From the NCBI GenBank assembly GCA_021129515.1, contig JAJOLD010000001.1, forward strand, positions 257,217-321,216: a stretch of 64,000 bases of DNA. The letters run 5' to 3'. The position numbers were made by a program, and so were the translations under genes. Shown here piece by piece: positions 45,768 through 55,069 of the stretch. The first letter of the stretch is position 1; each line of letters opens with the position of its first letter. The notes beneath the pieces are model-generated. The model was not told where the DNA came from. It ran no database searches and saw only the letters and a program-made list of their open reading frames with translations. This stretch comes from Minisyncoccota bacterium (lineage in GTDB: Bacteria > Patescibacteriota > Minisyncoccia > Phycocordibacterales > UBA918).

Positions 45768-46094
45768 TCATACACCATATTTATGCTGCCCAGCAATAGT
45801 GGGTGCCCACGCAACTGATTCTATTGGAGTAGTTGCCACTTCCACTGACTTTTCGAGTAAGCGTATTAATACATATGCAATCGAAGTACAGAATAAAGCA
45901 AAATTCGGATTCTCTCTGTCATACTGTTCTACACACACTTCAACATAAATAACATCATCTTGTTGTAACATACTCGCATTGACGACCCAAATTTTATCTG
46001 GGTCATCATACCCAATCTTCTTTCCCTTGGATTTGATCGTCTCTACAAGTGACTTGGGTATGGGCTTATCTGAGTAGACCTTCACTACAGGCAT
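45768..46094 (-). CDS. Hypothetical protein, possible tautomerase/MIF-like fold
   Basis: Start placed at MPVVKVYSDK after GAGG; Pro at position 2 followed by a beta strand. Confidence 0.55.
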   Translation of the reverse strand: MPVVKVYSDKPIPKSLVETIKSKGKKIGYDDPDKIWVVNASMLQQDDVIYVEVCVEQYDRENPNFALFCTSIAYVLIRLLEKSVEVATTPIESVAWAPTIAGQHKYGV

Positions 46095-46161
46095 TGCTAT
46101 ATCCTCAAGAACAATTCTTTTCGACCATAGCACATACTGTTGTATATGGATAGATGTTTTA

Positions 46162-46830
46162 TTAAAATCGTACGAGGTAATCAAATTCTCGATATACCTC
46201 TTGTGGATCGCTTGCTTTGAGGATTGCTGAGCCTGAGACGAAGTGCTGTGCACCTGCTTCGTAGAGGCGTGGAAGTGTGTCTTTGTTTACCGAGCCATCG
46301 ATACTAATCTGAAGGTCGGGGTGCGCAGCAAGCAATGTCTTGATACGATCAATCACTCGCTCGTCAAACGGTTGCCCTTGTGAACCAATCTGAGCAATGC
46401 CCATAAGTTGTACGAAGTCGATTCGGTCGAGGTACTGGATGAGTTCCTCAAGCAGCGTGTCGTTGTTTATTGAAAAGCCAAGCCCATAGTTGTGGGCGGC
46501 GTGGTGTTCAAGGATTGTCTCGATAGCTGCTTCGTCCTTCACACTTTCAAGATGCACCACCATGCGTTCTACACCCGCGCCGTAATACGCCGCAATCACT
46601 TCTTCCGGATGTTCTATCATGAGGTCAATTTCGACATCAAACTTCTCAGTTATCTCAGCAAGCTGCGCAATGTCTTCACCCGCGCCATAGGGCCATGAGG
46701 TAAAGGGTACAAACTTTCCATCGACAACATCGATTTGCACCGCTTCTGCAAATGGCTCAACGACTTTGAGTGTCTCCTTGAGATGCTCAAATGTTTTGGG
46801 AATGATTGCTGGAAGTATTTTCTGTTTCAT
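46162..46830 (-). CDS. rpe: Ribulose-phosphate 3-epimerase
   Basis: IDVVDGKFVP, DLMI, GSQGQPF, IDGSVN, VSGSAI. Confidence 0.92.
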   Translation of the reverse strand: MKQKILPAIIPKTFEHLKETLKVVEPFAEAVQIDVVDGKFVPFTSWPYGAGEDIAQLAEITEKFDVEIDLMIEHPEEVIAAYYGAGVERMVVHLESVKDEAAIETILEHHAAHNYGLGFSINNDTLLEELIQYLDRIDFVQLMGIAQIGSQGQPFDERVIDRIKTLLAAHPDLQISIDGSVNKDTLPRLYEAGAQHFVSGSAILKASDPQEVYREFDYLVRF

Positions 46831-46857
46831 AGACGTTATGCGTTATATGCAGAGATA

Positions 46858-47298
46858 CTAAAACTTATTGATGCGGCGCACATGCCGTTCATCACCAGGA
46901 AACTGGATAGTGAGCCACACGCGGACGACTTCTTTTGCTTCCTCGGGAGTCACAAAGCGCGCACCAAGCGAAAGAACGTTTGCATTGTTGTGTTCACGCG
47001 AGAGTGTGATTATTTCTGGTTGTCCACCGTAGTACACAGTTGCCCGCACACCAGGTACTCGATTTGCAACCATTGCCTCACCCTGTCCTGAGCCACCAAG
47101 CACAAGAGCTCGGTCTTCTTCTGGATTTGCGGCAACTTTTGTTGCAGCAATACTGACAAAATCGGGATAATCATCAACGGCGTTAAACGAATGTGCACCA
47201 CAGTCCTCTGCCACAAGTCCAAGCTCAGTCACCACAAAATCCTTAAGTATATTCTTAAGTTCAAATCCTGCGTGGTCGGTGGCGAAATAAATCTTCAT
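46858..47298 (-). CDS. rpiB: Ribose-5-phosphate isomerase B family
   Basis: TDHAGFELK, DDYPDF, GGSGQGEAMVANR, REHNNANVLSLGAR, RHVRRI. Confidence 0.95.
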   Translation of the reverse strand: MKIYFATDHAGFELKNILKDFVVTELGLVAEDCGAHSFNAVDDYPDFVSIAATKVAANPEEDRALVLGGSGQGEAMVANRVPGVRATVYYGGQPEIITLSREHNNANVLSLGARFVTPEEAKEVVRVWLTIQFPGDERHVRRINKF

Positions 47299-47372
47299 AT
47301 ATTAGAAGGTAGTGCGTAGTTAGTAGTACGTAGAACCTACTTGTTAATCATAACATTTTTGTCACCAATGCT

Positions 47373-47698
47373 GTCATGATGAATTTAGTTCAACATCTTA
47401 AGAGATTCTGAAACACACCACAAGGGCATTACCATTATTTCTGCTGCGCTCTAAATTCAGAATAGTCGTTCCACTCCTTTCTTCATTCATAATTCCCTCC
47501 GGTCATAAGAAAAATGGGTCAGTCCAGAATGACCGATGCTTTGATTGCCCATACCTGGATTGCTTTGTCATTCCACTCCGTTTCATTCCTCGCAATAACG
47601 CTCTTTCAGAACGAAAGACGCCGCCCGTAGGGCGGCGTCTTTGCGAGTGCTTGCGCGAAGCCTGTCTGCGTACGGACACGCACAGGCAGGCAATCCAG
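47373..47698. repeat. Cluster of nested REP-like palindromes
   Basis: GTCATGATGAATTTAGTTCAACATCT..AGTCCAGAATGAC enclosing an insert; then CTGGATTGC..GCAATCCAG enclosing AAGACGCCGCCCGTAGGGCGGCGTCTT. Confidence 0.7.
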
Positions 47699-47702
47699 AA
47701 AT

Positions 47703-48737
47703 CTACTTCCCTTTATTGAAAAATCCTGCAATAGCCGCTACGTGTTCGACTAATGTGTGCGTATAGCTGGTCTCGTTGTCGTACCACGCGAGCACTTTCA
47801 CAAGGTTACCACCGACCACGCGCGTGAATGCAAGATCAGCAATTGATGCGTAGCGAGCACCAATAATGTCCGAAGAAACAATCGGCTCATTGGTCACGGC
47901 AAAGAGGTTTTTCCAGCGGTCGGTTGCTGCAGCTTCAGTAAGTACTTTGTTCACCTCTTCTACCGTTGTCTCTCGATTTGCCACAAAGGTAACATCAACA
48001 ATAGACCCAACCGGCACGGGCACACGCATGGCAATACCATCGAACTGTCCATCGAGTTCAGTATGCACCTTGGTCGTTGCGACCGCAGCACCGGTTGAGG
48101 TTGGAATGATGTTTTGTGCAGCTGAACGCCCCTTACGAAAGTCTTTTGCGTTTGGTCTATCCACCAATGCCTGCGTTGAGGTGTATGCATGTACGGTGTT
48201 GAGGAGTGCTTTTTCGATACCAATATCTTCCTTCAAAATTGCAATCAATGGACTCGTCGCGTTTGTTGTACACGACGCGTTTGAACTCACACTGCAGGTC
48301 TCGAGCACGCTTTCGTTAGCACCCATAAGCACGGTTGCGCCTTCAATACCTGCAGCGACTGGATCGTCTTTGACCGGCGCTGAGATTACCACCCGCTTTG
48401 CACCAGCCTCAAGATGCACCTTTGCTTTCTCATAGCTCGCAAAGAAACCGGTTGCCTCAACCACAATATCAATATCTGTATCCTTCCACGGAAGGTTGAG
48501 GGGATCCCGCTCTGCATGACACGCGATGGTCTTGCCATCGACTACGAGGTTGCCGTCTTTGGTAGACACGTCGTGCGTACCACGACCATAGGCAGTATCG
48601 TACTTAAGGAGGTAGGCGAGGTTTTCAATATCGCCAAGATCATTGATAGCAACAATTTCAAATGAAGGGTTGTCGAGTGCCATACGGAAAAACGTTCTTC
48701 CAATACGACCAAATCCATTGATAGCTACACGTGTCAT
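47703..48737 (-). CDS. gap: Glyceraldehyde-3-phosphate dehydrogenase
   Basis: AINGFGRIGR, SNASCTTN, IIPTSTGAA, WYDNE. Confidence 0.97.
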   Translation of the reverse strand: MTRVAINGFGRIGRTFFRMALDNPSFEIVAINDLGDIENLAYLLKYDTAYGRGTHDVSTKDGNLVVDGKTIACHAERDPLNLPWKDTDIDIVVEATGFFASYEKAKVHLEAGAKRVVISAPVKDDPVAAGIEGATVLMGANESVLETCSVSSNASCTTNATSPLIAILKEDIGIEKALLNTVHAYTSTQALVDRPNAKDFRKGRSAAQNIIPTSTGAAVATTKVHTELDGQFDGIAMRVPVPVGSIVDVTFVANRETTVEEVNKVLTEAAATDRWKNLFAVTNEPIVSSDIIGARYASIADLAFTRVVGGNLVKVLAWYDNETSYTHTLVEHVAAIAGFFNKGK

Positions 48738-48799
48738 AACAAGGTGCAAAATTTAGAACTAAAAAGTAATACTTCCATTATACCGTACCCAGGTATATA

Positions 48800-50371
48800 T
48801 CAGCGTGCCGATTTGATAAGTGTTCTCGCAATAAGAAGCAGTATGATGAGCAAAAGAACAAACCATGGAAACAAATTCCAGAACAAAAAACCAAAACGTT
48901 CAATGAGTAGTGCCCATACACCCTCTGATGTTTCTGTGACGGAGGGAAAACTGATGGTAGCGCGCAGTGTACCGGTGAGTGTGCCACGCTGTTGCGTTTT
49001 GTAGTCATAGAGTGACACTACGAACGGAAACACTCCCGCAGTCCCAAGTGGCGCGAGCACGGCAACATATGCATCTTTTTCAGCATTAGCGCGCAACAAA
49101 AACGCAAAACGCTGCGTACTATCGGTTGCATCGTAGAGTGTGACCACAATGCTTTTAAGATGTTGTGGCACCGCATCAGCAGGCATAGACACAATAAGCT
49201 GCTTGGCACCGTCTATAGGAATAGTGGCATCATCAGCATGTATGGCGTGTCCATCTTGTATAAACGATAGCGTATCAAAAGAGAGTGGTATCTGCTGCGC
49301 GATTGGGACTGTTGGTGTTGCTGAAGGGATTAGTATCTCCGTATCTTCTGGTATGTGAGGTGGTACGTACGCAGTGAGTGCTCCCGATGAGACATTTCCT
49401 GCAGCATCGTATGCAAAGACACCATAGTATTGCACCTCAGTGGTCTGCCCCCTCTGCGCATCAATTGCCATGGTACTCGCGCCTTCATGTACGAGCCATC
49501 CGTCTGCAGCATCACTTGGATAGAATCGGTCGTTACGCAACACACGCACCTTCTCAATAGCACTCCCTGGTGGAATATCCCATTGAATAATCAAATGTGG
49601 ACCATCGCGATGTACTCGTACATTACGAACGTTCGTGGGTGGGTACTGTATGTCAAGCGGGAGTGTGGTAAAGGTGCTGGTGGTCAACACACCATGCGCA
49701 CCCACCTTATTCACTCCATGAATAGTGAATGCATAGGGGGTATTGGGAGTGAGCCCGGTAATCACCGTCTCGTGAGTTTTGCTATAGGAATGTGCCGCAA
49801 TAGAACCGAGTTCATAGGATGCTGTTTCACCCCAGTGCACCGTTGGGCGCACATACCCTTGTGTTTCATATCGAATACGTACCGCGTCCTGCATCGGAAT
49901 AATTTCAAGTGCGGTCAACACAATCGGTATGGGCTGCAAGGTAGTACTAGATCCACCGCCACCGCCGCTACTGCTCGTTGTTGTTGCAACGGCAAGTGTT
50001 GTCGTTGCAACCGACGCTGATGAGCTTGAAATATTATTTGAGGTATCAAACGCACGGATGAAGTAGGTATAGAGTGTCTCTGCAGTAAGTCCTGTATCTA
50101 CATATGTAGCGGTGGTGGCGGTTGCTATCTGGAGTGCATCACGAAACACCTGATACGCAACTGTACTCATGGCGTCGGTTGACGACGACCACGATACATT
50201 TATTTGTGACGTTGCTACCGGCACTGCCACCACATTGGTGGGTATCGATGGCGGAGTAGTATCACTGCCAAAAACAGTACGGACCGTGACCGTGTCAGAC
50301 ACTGCGTGTGCGTGGAATGCAACAACACAATATCCAATGAGTGCTATTGAAACAAGTCGTACATATGACAT
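48800..50371 (-). CDS. Fibronectin type III surface protein with C-terminal TM
   Basis: Signal peptide; DTTPPSIP..W..YQVFRD..GLTAETLYTYFIRAFD..N.S FN3 repeats; C-terminal TM with basic tail. Confidence 0.85.
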   Translation of the reverse strand: MSYVRLVSIALIGYCVVAFHAHAVSDTVTVRTVFGSDTTPPSIPTNVVAVPVATSQINVSWSSSTDAMSTVAYQVFRDALQIATATTATYVDTGLTAETLYTYFIRAFDTSNNISSSSASVATTTLAVATTTSSSGGGGGSSTTLQPIPIVLTALEIIPMQDAVRIRYETQGYVRPTVHWGETASYELGSIAAHSYSKTHETVITGLTPNTPYAFTIHGVNKVGAHGVLTTSTFTTLPLDIQYPPTNVRNVRVHRDGPHLIIQWDIPPGSAIEKVRVLRNDRFYPSDAADGWLVHEGASTMAIDAQRGQTTEVQYYGVFAYDAAGNVSSGALTAYVPPHIPEDTEILIPSATPTVPIAQQIPLSFDTLSFIQDGHAIHADDATIPIDGAKQLIVSMPADAVPQHLKSIVVTLYDATDSTQRFAFLLRANAEKDAYVAVLAPLGTAGVFPFVVSLYDYKTQQRGTLTGTLRATISFPSVTETSEGVWALLIERFGFLFWNLFPWFVLLLIILLLIARTLIKSAR

Positions 50372-50383
50372 ATCGATACGCTA

Positions 50384-51163
50384 TTACAACGGCAATGCCG
50401 TAATAGTAGTAGTAGCAGTATACACCCCTGGTGCCTGCAATACTGACCCGCCAACCCCAACACGGAAGTGAATAGTCGTCGTTGCACCGTTTGGATGGTT
50501 GGCATTTGTATTGGCAGCAATTTGTACCGCCGTGGTACTCAACCCATCCCAACACGCAAACGCAGAGTCAGTGGTATCGACATTACAGGTGTCGGAGCCA
50601 TTGTCTTTAAAGCGTTGTACGATATCGACCCCTTCTGGAGTATAGCCTAAGTGACTATCAGCAGTGCTCGTGATAAATGCAAAATCAGGCACTGCGCCTA
50701 CCGGCGTATAATCAGCAATGGTGTCAGACCCTTTTTGCATTGCCGGACTGTTTGCAGCTGCAATAGTGAGCTCGTACCCTGATGGACTATCAGTGGTGAC
50801 GGTGACCGTGGTTGAGCCATTTGAAATACCACCCGTGACACCTGCAATTGAAGGACTCATGGTCACATTGCCTGCTCCAGTGAGCGCAATATATACTTCC
50901 TGCATCTGCTGGTATCCTGCCTTGAGTGCATACGATGCGCTCGACGACTCACCCGTTGCAACCTCGCCAACGGTGGATTCTTGTACATAACTTGTCGATG
51001 ATGAAAGCCCTCCACCGGCATTGATGCTGTCACTTTGTATTGCATAGTTACTACTCTGCATGACCTGTGCATACAGCGTATTTCCGTACACACATCCGAA
51101 ACCGAGTATTGCAGAGAGCACTACTATGGGTATGAAATCACTGCGCATACCTTTTTTCATCAC
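50384..51163 (-). CDS. Secreted WxL/pilin-like beta protein
   Basis: Signal peptide; paralogous to 52199-52912 (VTMSP.I.G..GG..NG..TV.V.T...GY; TTTIHFRV; YTAT.T.TA). Confidence 0.7.
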   Translation of the reverse strand: MMKKGMRSDFIPIVVLSAILGFGCVYGNTLYAQVMQSSNYAIQSDSINAGGGLSSSTSYVQESTVGEVATGESSSASYALKAGYQQMQEVYIALTGAGNVTMSPSIAGVTGGISNGSTTVTVTTDSPSGYELTIAAANSPAMQKGSDTIADYTPVGAVPDFAFITSTADSHLGYTPEGVDIVQRFKDNGSDTCNVDTTDSAFACWDGLSTTAVQIAANTNANHPNGATTTIHFRVGVGGSVLQAPGVYTATTTITALPL

Positions 51164-52182
51164 ACTTTTCTCTTAAATTCAAAGGTGGTAAAGAACATGC
51201 GTATCAAGAACACAATCATAAACACCACTACACACACCATGAGGAGCACCTTCCATGGAAGCACCCAGAAGGTCACGTCCATTTCATCAATAATATCGTC
51301 GTAGCCTCGATTAATACGAGCGGTTGCCGTGTACTTACCAAACAAAAATTCTCGCGACCATACAACCTCACGGAACCGCAATGACTGTGGCAGTGCGAAC
51401 CATGGTTCTATTTCAATAAAACCTACTTCCTCACCAAACATATTGGTGATGGAGAGTTCTCCATAGGGGTTTACGTGTACCGAGCCGGTGTTTGCATACA
51501 GTAATTCAAAATGAATGGGACCGCCGTCGAACCACGACGCATCCGGAATGGTAGCAAATTTCTGCAATGCGCCTTCGTATGCAATAGCACCTGGTACTGT
51601 AATGAAAAACAATGTACCAATACGACTCACAATAGGAGACTTTGGTACCGCATTTGTACTGGAGGTATCAGCAACATCTTTCGTCACCGTTGTCACCAGC
51701 ACACTTCCGTAGAGTCCTCCTGGTTCGGCATCAGCAGGAATAGATACCGTCACTGGTACCCGTGCCCGCTCTGCATGTTTAAGTGGAATTCCCTCGGTGG
51801 GCACCTCAAGGTAATCACGCAACGAATAAGGACCGCGGTCATCACCGAGCAATTTAACCGCAATATCACCTCCTGTAGTACCAACGACATCTTCTGTTTC
51901 AAAATTAAAGACACGTGATTCACCAGTACGGTTTGTGATGAGAATTTCGGTAGTCACCGTCTCTCCAGGCTGCAGACGCAATTCCGTTTTGCCTGGTCCT
52001 ACCACAAAGTCACCAAGCACTTCATCGCCAGGAATTGTTTCAAGACGATACGCAGGTTTTTGCTGTATCTCAGCGGCTTCTGTTGCTGCTTCTTGCGCAA
52101 AAACACTCATGGGGAGCCCCATGAGCGCAAGCGCGCAGACCCACATAGACACACCATATTGCATGCGATCTGCTTGTATCAT
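51160..52182 (-). CDS. DUF916/DUF3324-like membrane-anchored protein
   Basis: LQPGETV..ITN.T, VTVSIPADAEPGGLYGSVLV, RIGTLFFITVPG, NTGSVHVNPYG, C-terminal TM. Confidence 0.75.
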   Translation of the reverse strand: MIQADRMQYGVSMWVCALALMGLPMSVFAQEAATEAAEIQQKPAYRLETIPGDEVLGDFVVGPGKTELRLQPGETVTTEILITNRTGESRVFNFETEDVVGTTGGDIAVKLLGDDRGPYSLRDYLEVPTEGIPLKHAERARVPVTVSIPADAEPGGLYGSVLVTTVTKDVADTSSTNAVPKSPIVSRIGTLFFITVPGAIAYEGALQKFATIPDASWFDGGPIHFELLYANTGSVHVNPYGELSITNMFGEEVGFIEIEPWFALPQSLRFREVVWSREFLFGKYTATARINRGYDDIIDEMDVTFWVLPWKVLLMVCVVVFMIVFLIRMFFTTFEFKRKV

Positions 52183-52198
52183 AGTAGTCGAATGTAAG

Positions 52199-52912
52199 TT
52201 AATTAGTAGTTGCGGTCAACGTAGCCGTTGCGGTGTAAGTGTCCGCCTGTAAGAGTGGTGATGGGTTTGATGGTACTGAAACACGGAAATGAATAGTGGT
52301 TGTTGAACCACTTGCTGGAGTTTCGGTACTTCGGTTAATTATGGTTTCTGCAATTGGAGTACTCCCATCGGTAGTACTTGCATTGAACCAACACCGATCA
52401 AACGTATTGTTCGAACCAGCACCACACGCAGCACCATTATCGAGGAACGTTGGGTCTACATCACTTGAGGTTGATGCCTGCACTGAGTATGCAAACTCAC
52501 CCGGGGTACCCGAACCACCAATGCTAAAGTTGTAGTCAGGAACGCTTGCGGATGCTGGAGAGTAGTTGTTGATGACACCACCTTCACTATCACCCTGCAT
52601 CGCCGTCCCCGTCGCGAACTGGATAGTCATGTTATAGCCCGATGTGTTGTTGGTTGATACCACTACGGTTGCGTTACCATTTGCAGTACCTCCAGAGATA
52701 CCAGGAATAGTTGGACTCATGGTTACGTCAGTTGCTGTGGTGTCGAAAGAAATTTCAGCAGTGATTGATTGCGTAATCTCAAAGAAATCAGAATCTGCAG
52801 CTGCACGACCAACAACCGGCTCAAGTACCACGTACGAGGTGATACCAATTACTGCCACTATCAGCGTAGTGACGAACGACATTTTTGCGGAATACAACGC
52901 TTGTAAAAACAT
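52199..52912 (-). CDS. Secreted WxL/pilin-like beta protein
   Basis: Signal peptide; T/S/G-rich beta protein with Cys pair, ends DTYTATATLTATTN. Confidence 0.7.
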   Translation of the reverse strand: MFLQALYSAKMSFVTTLIVAVIGITSYVVLEPVVGRAAADSDFFEITQSITAEISFDTTATDVTMSPTIPGISGGTANGNATVVVSTNNTSGYNMTIQFATGTAMQGDSEGGVINNYSPASASVPDYNFSIGGSGTPGEFAYSVQASTSSDVDPTFLDNGAACGAGSNNTFDRCWFNASTTDGSTPIAETIINRSTETPASGSTTTIHFRVSVPSNPSPLLQADTYTATATLTATTN

Positions 52913-53027
52913 ACAATTAGATACGACTGCAATTACAGATTAATGTAGAGCCATTATAGCCTTAAAATACCTACGAGGTGATACCGAACGTATATATATG
53001 TGTATAACTACACGCTACCTCCACCAC

Positions 53028-53822
53028 TTATTGTGTCTCTGTAGCTGGTACGGGTACGAGTATAAATTGATACGCATCTCCTGTGGCATCTTTGAATTCA
53101 GGCACAAGAGCACCCTGCTGCATATCTTTCGAATCAAATATAATATGCACATCATCAGAAAATGAATTGCGCAATGCATCCAACTGTTCCATGGTCTGTA
53201 CATCCATATGTGGCGACATAACCAAGACACCAGTATTTGTCGTGGTCGCCACGACTGCATGTGGGTGCGGTGTCGGTGTTTCAGTGTGTGTCGATACCTG
53301 CCCTACACGCTCGTACTCATGAGACACCACTGTTGGCTGATGTGCGATACGCCTGTCTTTGGAAATAAAGGTGTACCAACGCACCGCTACCTGTTCAAAA
53401 AAACCCCAATCGGCATGCGCAACAAGCGCCACTTGTGAGTTGGACATGGTATATCCACCAAGACCAAAGAGCACACCAATCAATGCAATAATAGTTGCCT
53501 GCGCAAGTGCATGTCGCTTTTGTGTACCAACCTTTGTATGGAGCGATGCGGTGGCTTCGTATACCGGCATCGGTTGTGCAGCAAAGACTCGTTTACGCTC
53601 AATACTCGTTTGCTTACTGGTGCGCACTTTATTGTTCTCGAGCTGCACGACCGTATCTTCAACAGAATCAAGCGACACAAACCAACGACCGTTAATCTTA
53701 CTTGCCGCAATTCTTTTTTCTCGCGCCAACTTGGTGAGGTAGTCTGAGGTGTATCCAAACTTTTTTGCTGCCACACTGACGGGCACGTATTGTGTGCCAT
53801 GTATTTCTAAATATTCGCTCAT
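53028..53822 (-). CDS. N-terminal HTH (excisionase/MerR-like) membrane protein
   Basis: YVPVSVAAKKFGYTSDYLTKLAREKRI..GRWFV; central TM. Confidence 0.78.
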   Translation of the reverse strand: MSEYLEIHGTQYVPVSVAAKKFGYTSDYLTKLAREKRIAASKINGRWFVSLDSVEDTVVQLENNKVRTSKQTSIERKRVFAAQPMPVYEATASLHTKVGTQKRHALAQATIIALIGVLFGLGGYTMSNSQVALVAHADWGFFEQVAVRWYTFISKDRRIAHQPTVVSHEYERVGQVSTHTETPTPHPHAVVATTTNTGVLVMSPHMDVQTMEQLDALRNSFSDDVHIIFDSKDMQQGALVPEFKDATGDAYQFILVPVPATETQ

Positions 53823-53907
53823 ACCTGCATCCTCGCTCATGGTCTCAGTGTATCGCTCCACACCGTCTACGACCATACGTCATATACACACTGCGTATGC
53901 GCATGTT

Positions 53908-54993
53908 CTATCGCAGCGTATCAATAATGTATGCCTTGAGCGCGCTTGTCTGTACACCGAAGTGTGACTCAAACACATATGCGTCTTCATACTGTCCGCT
54001 TGCAGCATAGTATGTCCAACGTGTCTCTGGAAGAAGCGACAGCGCAGTGAGTACCGCACAAAAGCATGCTGTCAGAATGACAAACCCAAACCCTGCAGGT
54101 TGTGGCTCTGCCTCGACTACCGGCACACGAGATCCACGCTTCGTAACCGAAGCGACTTGTGCTTCATCATCAGCGCCTGCTTCTTGCGTAGTAGCGCTGT
54201 CATGCACTGGTGTCTGAGTAGTTGCTGGCGTAGCAGCAACATCGTACTGCTCGAGCTTATCAGAAAATGGCACCGGTGCATCTGCGTCAACACCCTCATG
54301 ATGTTCGGGAACCTCGTCATGCATTACATGCACTGGCACCGCATTAGTATCTGCCGATTTTGACTGCTTCTTTTTTTTATGGGTGTGTCGTTTTTTGGCA
54401 GCATGCGCTTCTGCGCGTTCAAGTGCTGCAATTTCTTTTTCAGTGAGCACATCAGCATGCAACAGCACCGCATCTGCATCATGGTATTCTTCATCGCCCA
54501 CATCAACGACATCAAGCGTCCCTGACATGAGCACCTTTTCACCTTCGTGTTCAATGGTGTAGTCTGGCTCTGAGTCTGCGGGTGCTGTCGCTGTGTGTTT
54601 TGCACGATTGGCTGGAGGTGCCTCACTCGTGATGCTGAGCTTGCGCACATTTGGGATGAGCGCCTCAGTGTCTTCTTCGTAGTGCACTGTGGTGAGGTGT
54701 CGGGTCATAAAATGTCTATTGGTCTGTGGCGCAGTATGTTTTTGTACTGTGCGTTTTTGTGTTGCAACCGCAGCACGCACTTGCTCTCGTGATTTTGTTT
54801 TTGCTGTTCTGTTTGCGGTTGAGCGGTATGCACGCAAATCATTCTGATCAACATACCAACTCCGCCCTACTAGTTGCGCATCAACTTTCCCACCACGACA
54901 AAGCTGCCCCACATAGTCTGGAGTGTACCCAGCATCCTTTGCTGCTTCAGATGCTTTTACATATGTTTTTCCATCAAGAACAACAGACTTCAT
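53908..54993 (-). CDS. N-terminal HTH (excisionase/MerR-like) membrane protein
   Basis: YVKASEAAKDAGYTPDYVGQLCRGGKV..GRSWYV; long disordered linker; C-proximal TM. Confidence 0.8.
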   Translation of the reverse strand: MKSVVLDGKTYVKASEAAKDAGYTPDYVGQLCRGGKVDAQLVGRSWYVDQNDLRAYRSTANRTAKTKSREQVRAAVATQKRTVQKHTAPQTNRHFMTRHLTTVHYEEDTEALIPNVRKLSITSEAPPANRAKHTATAPADSEPDYTIEHEGEKVLMSGTLDVVDVGDEEYHDADAVLLHADVLTEKEIAALERAEAHAAKKRHTHKKKKQSKSADTNAVPVHVMHDEVPEHHEGVDADAPVPFSDKLEQYDVAATPATTQTPVHDSATTQEAGADDEAQVASVTKRGSRVPVVEAEPQPAGFGFVILTACFCAVLTALSLLPETRWTYYAASGQYEDAYVFESHFGVQTSALKAYIIDTLR

Positions 54994-55069
54994 AACGTGT
55001 ACAAATTATACACCGTCAAGACGAGATGTATAGTCCGAGATACGTATATCTCTGCGAGACGATATAGCT

